The notes beneath the pieces were generated by a model. The model was not told the DNA's origin, did no database searches, and saw only the letters and a list, made by a program, of their open reading frames with translations. The position numbers and the translations under genes are program-made. From an uncultured Candidatus Saccharibacteria bacterium (lineage in GTDB: Bacteria; Patescibacteriota; Saccharimonadia; Saccharimonadales; UBA10212): a stretch of 64,000 nucleotides of DNA. Where the stretch lies: positions 57,485 through 121,484 of the forward strand of contig CAYTYX010000001.1 of assembly GCA_964442325.1 (NCBI GenBank), given 5' to 3'. This document shows, piece by piece, positions 62,118-64,000 of the stretch (positions are counted from its first letter, which is position 1; each line of letters starts with the position of its first letter).

Positions 62118-64000
62118 TGGCAAAAATTATAGGGATCGATTTAGGAACAACTAACAGCGCGATGGCGGTGATGCAGTCTGGCAAGCCGGAAATTATCGCT
62201 AACTCTGAGGGCAACCGCACTACGCCTAGCGTAGTGGCAATCAATAAAAACGGTGAGCGCCTAGTAGGCCAGGTGGCCAACCGCCAGCGGGTTACTAACC
62301 CAACCAATACTATTTTTGGCATCAAGCGTTTGATTGGTCGCAAGTTCGAGGACGAAGAAGTTCAACGTGATCTCAAGCTGATGCCCTACAAAATTGTCAA
62401 AGCCGGCAGCGGCGTCAAAGTCGAAATGGCCGACAAAGAATACAGCCCCGAAGAAGTGTCGGGTATGATTTTATCTAAACTTAAAGCCGATGCCGAGGCG
62501 TACCTTGGCGAGCCGGTTACTGAAGCCGTCATTACCGTGCCGGCCTACTTTGACGATAGCCAGCGCCAAGCCACCAAAGACGCCGGTAAAATTGCCGGCC
62601 TGGAAGTCAAGCGCATCATCAACGAGCCAACTGCCGCCGCACTGGCCTATGGCCTAGATAAGGGCAAAGAAGAAAAAATTGTCGTCTTTGACCTAGGTGG
62701 CGGTACGTTCGACGTATCAATCTTGCAACTAGGCGACGGCGTGTTTGAAGTTTTAAGCACCAACGGCGATACCCACCTGGGCGGCGAAGATTTTGATATG
62801 CGCATTGTTAATCACTTTGTCGAGCAGTTCAAAAAAGATTCCGGCATAGACGTCCGCGAAGACAAAGCTGCTATGCAGCGCCTCAAAGAAGAGGCCGAAA
62901 AAGCTAAAAAAGAGCTGTCTACAACAGAGGTTGCCGACATTAACCTACCGTTTCTAACGGCCGATGCCGAAGGCCCTAAGCACTTTGAGTACAAACTGAC
63001 CCGCGCCAAGTTAATTGAGCTAGTGCAAGAACTCATCGACAAAGTCGAGAGTCCGTGCCAAAAAGCAATTAAAGACGCCAAGCTAACTAACGCCGACATT
63101 AACGAGATTGTGCTGGTTGGTGGTATGACCCGCATGCCGGCCGTCATTGAAAAAGTTAAACAAATTTTTGGCAAGGATCCGTTGCAGGGTGTCAACCCGG
63201 ACGAAGTCGTGGCCGTGGGCGCTGCCATTCAGGGCGGCGTGTTGCAGGGTGATGTCAAAGACGTGTTGCTGCTAGATGTCACGCCTTTGTCTCTAGGAAT
63301 CGAGACGCTTGGAGGTGTGACCACCAAGCTAATCGAGCGCAACACCACCATCCCAACCAGTAAGAACGAAACTTTCTCTACAGCTGCTGATAACCAGCCG
63401 AGTGTGGAAATTCACGTACTGCAGGGCGAGCGCGAAATGGCCGCCGACAATAAATCGCTAGGCAGATTTGTGCTAGACGGCATTCCACCGGCGCCGCGCG
63501 GTGTGCCACAAATCGAAGTCACATTTAACACTGACGCCAACGGCATTTTAAACGTGACAGCCAAAGATAAAGGGACCGGAAAAGAGCAATCAATCACCAT
63601 CCAGGGTAGCGGCAATCTAGATAAAGTCGAAGTTGAAAAAGCCGCCAAAGAAGCCGAGGTTCACGCCAAAGAAGATAAGAAAAAGCGCGAAGCCATAGAA
63701 GTTAAAAACCAGCTAGACAACGCGGTTTACCAGGCCGAGAAAATGAAAACCGACTACAAAGACAAGCTAGCCGAGGATGATCTAAAGAAAATCGACGAAG
63801 CCATTACCGAAGCTAAAACGCACTTGGAAGCGACCGACAAAGACGAGTTGGAAAAAGCTGCTAAAGCTTTGAGCGAGGCTATAATGCCTATCGGTGCCAA
63901 AATGTACGAAGCTGCTCAAAAAGATGCTCCGGCAGAAGATACTAAAGACGACAAGAAAAAGAAGTCCGACAAAGAAGAGCCAATTGAGGGCGAAGTCGTC
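62117..64000 (+). CDS. dnaK: molecular chaperone DnaK (Hsp70), 3' end beyond the window
   Basis: [49 protein letters not shown]..., [12 protein letters not shown] and [10 protein letters not shown] motifs. Open to position 64000 (628 codons). Absent from the ORF track because there is no stop in the window. Confidence 0.95.
   Translation, partial: MAKIIGIDLGTTNSAMAVMQSGKPEIIANSEGNRTTPSVVAINKNGERLVGQVANRQRVTNPTNTIFGIKRLIGRKFEDEEVQRDLKLMPYKIVKAGSGVKVEMADKEYSPEEVSGMILSKLKADAEAYLGEPVTEAVITVPAYFDDSQRQATKDAGKIAGLEVKRIINEPTAAALAYGLDKGKEEKIVVFDLGGGTFDVSILQLGDGVFEVLSTNGDTHLGGEDFDMRIVNHFVEQFKKDSGIDVREDKAAMQRLKEEAEKAKKELSTTEVADINLPFLTADAEGPKHFEYKLTRAKLIELVQELIDKVESPCQKAIKDAKLTNADINEIVLVGGMTRMPAVIEKVKQIFGKDPLQGVNPDEVVAVGAAIQGGVLQGDVKDVLLLDVTPLSLGIETLGGVTTKLIERNTTIPTSKNETFSTAADNQPSVEIHVLQGEREMAADNKSLGRFVLDGIPPAPRGVPQIEVTFNTDANGILNVTAKDKGTGKEQSITIQGSGNLDKVEVEKAAKEAEVHAKEDKKKREAIEVKNQLDNAVYQAEKMKTDYKDKLAEDDLKKIDEAITEAKTHLEATDKDELEKAAKALSEAIMPIGAKMYEAAQKDAPAEDTKDDKKKKSDKEEPIEGEVV

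Noticed and set aside
1-64000. Alternative genetic code (UGA recoded, as in some CPR lineages).
   Set aside because: TGA terminates well-conserved proteins at the expected lengths (aspS, tsaE, murJ). TGA also takes part in ATGA/GTGA stop-start couplings, and no conserved gene is interrupted by an in-frame TGA.
1-64000. CRISPR arrays, rRNA operons, IS elements and transposases.
   Set aside because: No regularly spaced direct repeats, rRNA-like sequence, terminal inverted repeats with a transposase, or integrase genes were seen by reading the sequence and the ORF products.

Overview
64-kb chromosomal window, roughly 45-50% GC by eye. It uses the standard genetic code: TGA stops coincide with conserved C-termini and with ATGA/TAATG gene couplings. 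The gene content fits a reduced-genome Patescibacteria/CPR bacterium, Saccharibacteria-like; this is an inference, not proven. It includes phosphoketolase plus acetate kinase, archaeal-type AspRS, TsaE plus a short TsaB, RNase Y, LepA, a CIRCE-controlled hrcA-grpE-dnaK operon, MurJ, UppP, TatAC, VKOR and DsbA, an MMPL transporter, and lamin-tail-domain and PRC-barrel proteins. There are many tiny translationally coupled ORFs and frequent TATAAT-N6-8-start-codon junctions. I found two tRNAs (Asn-GTT, Pro-TGG) and no rRNA, CRISPR array, integrase or transposase. Several accessory patches interrupt the housekeeping backbone. (1) A mosaic zone around tRNA-Asn (7.6-12.1 kb) holds an orphan high-GC Gam-like gene, a 1.1-kb mini-island bracketed by an exact 18-nt copy of the tRNA 3' end, and a high-GC four-gene operon with strong Shine-Dalgarno sites. 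(2) A hypothetical-gene patch (37.9-43.1 kb) is punctuated by a repeated 18-nt motif. (3) The standout is a 9.8-kb array (22.4-32.2 kb) of five paralogous phage-tail-fibre-like genes. All five share one N-terminal module (MARLPIPGSDDGTWGDILNSFL...). Four have a near-identical promoter and 5' leader, and the fifth (29248-30807) has no promoter of its own and is coupled to the preceding gene. Their distal domains are completely different and GC-richer. Three are followed by translationally coupled small ORFs of one family. No other phage structural genes occur in the window. I interpret the array as a candidate multivalent surface or host-recognition fibre system; this is a hypothesis. dnaK (62117 to the window end) and a 5' gene fragment at 1-108 are missing from the ORF track because they have no stop codon in the window.
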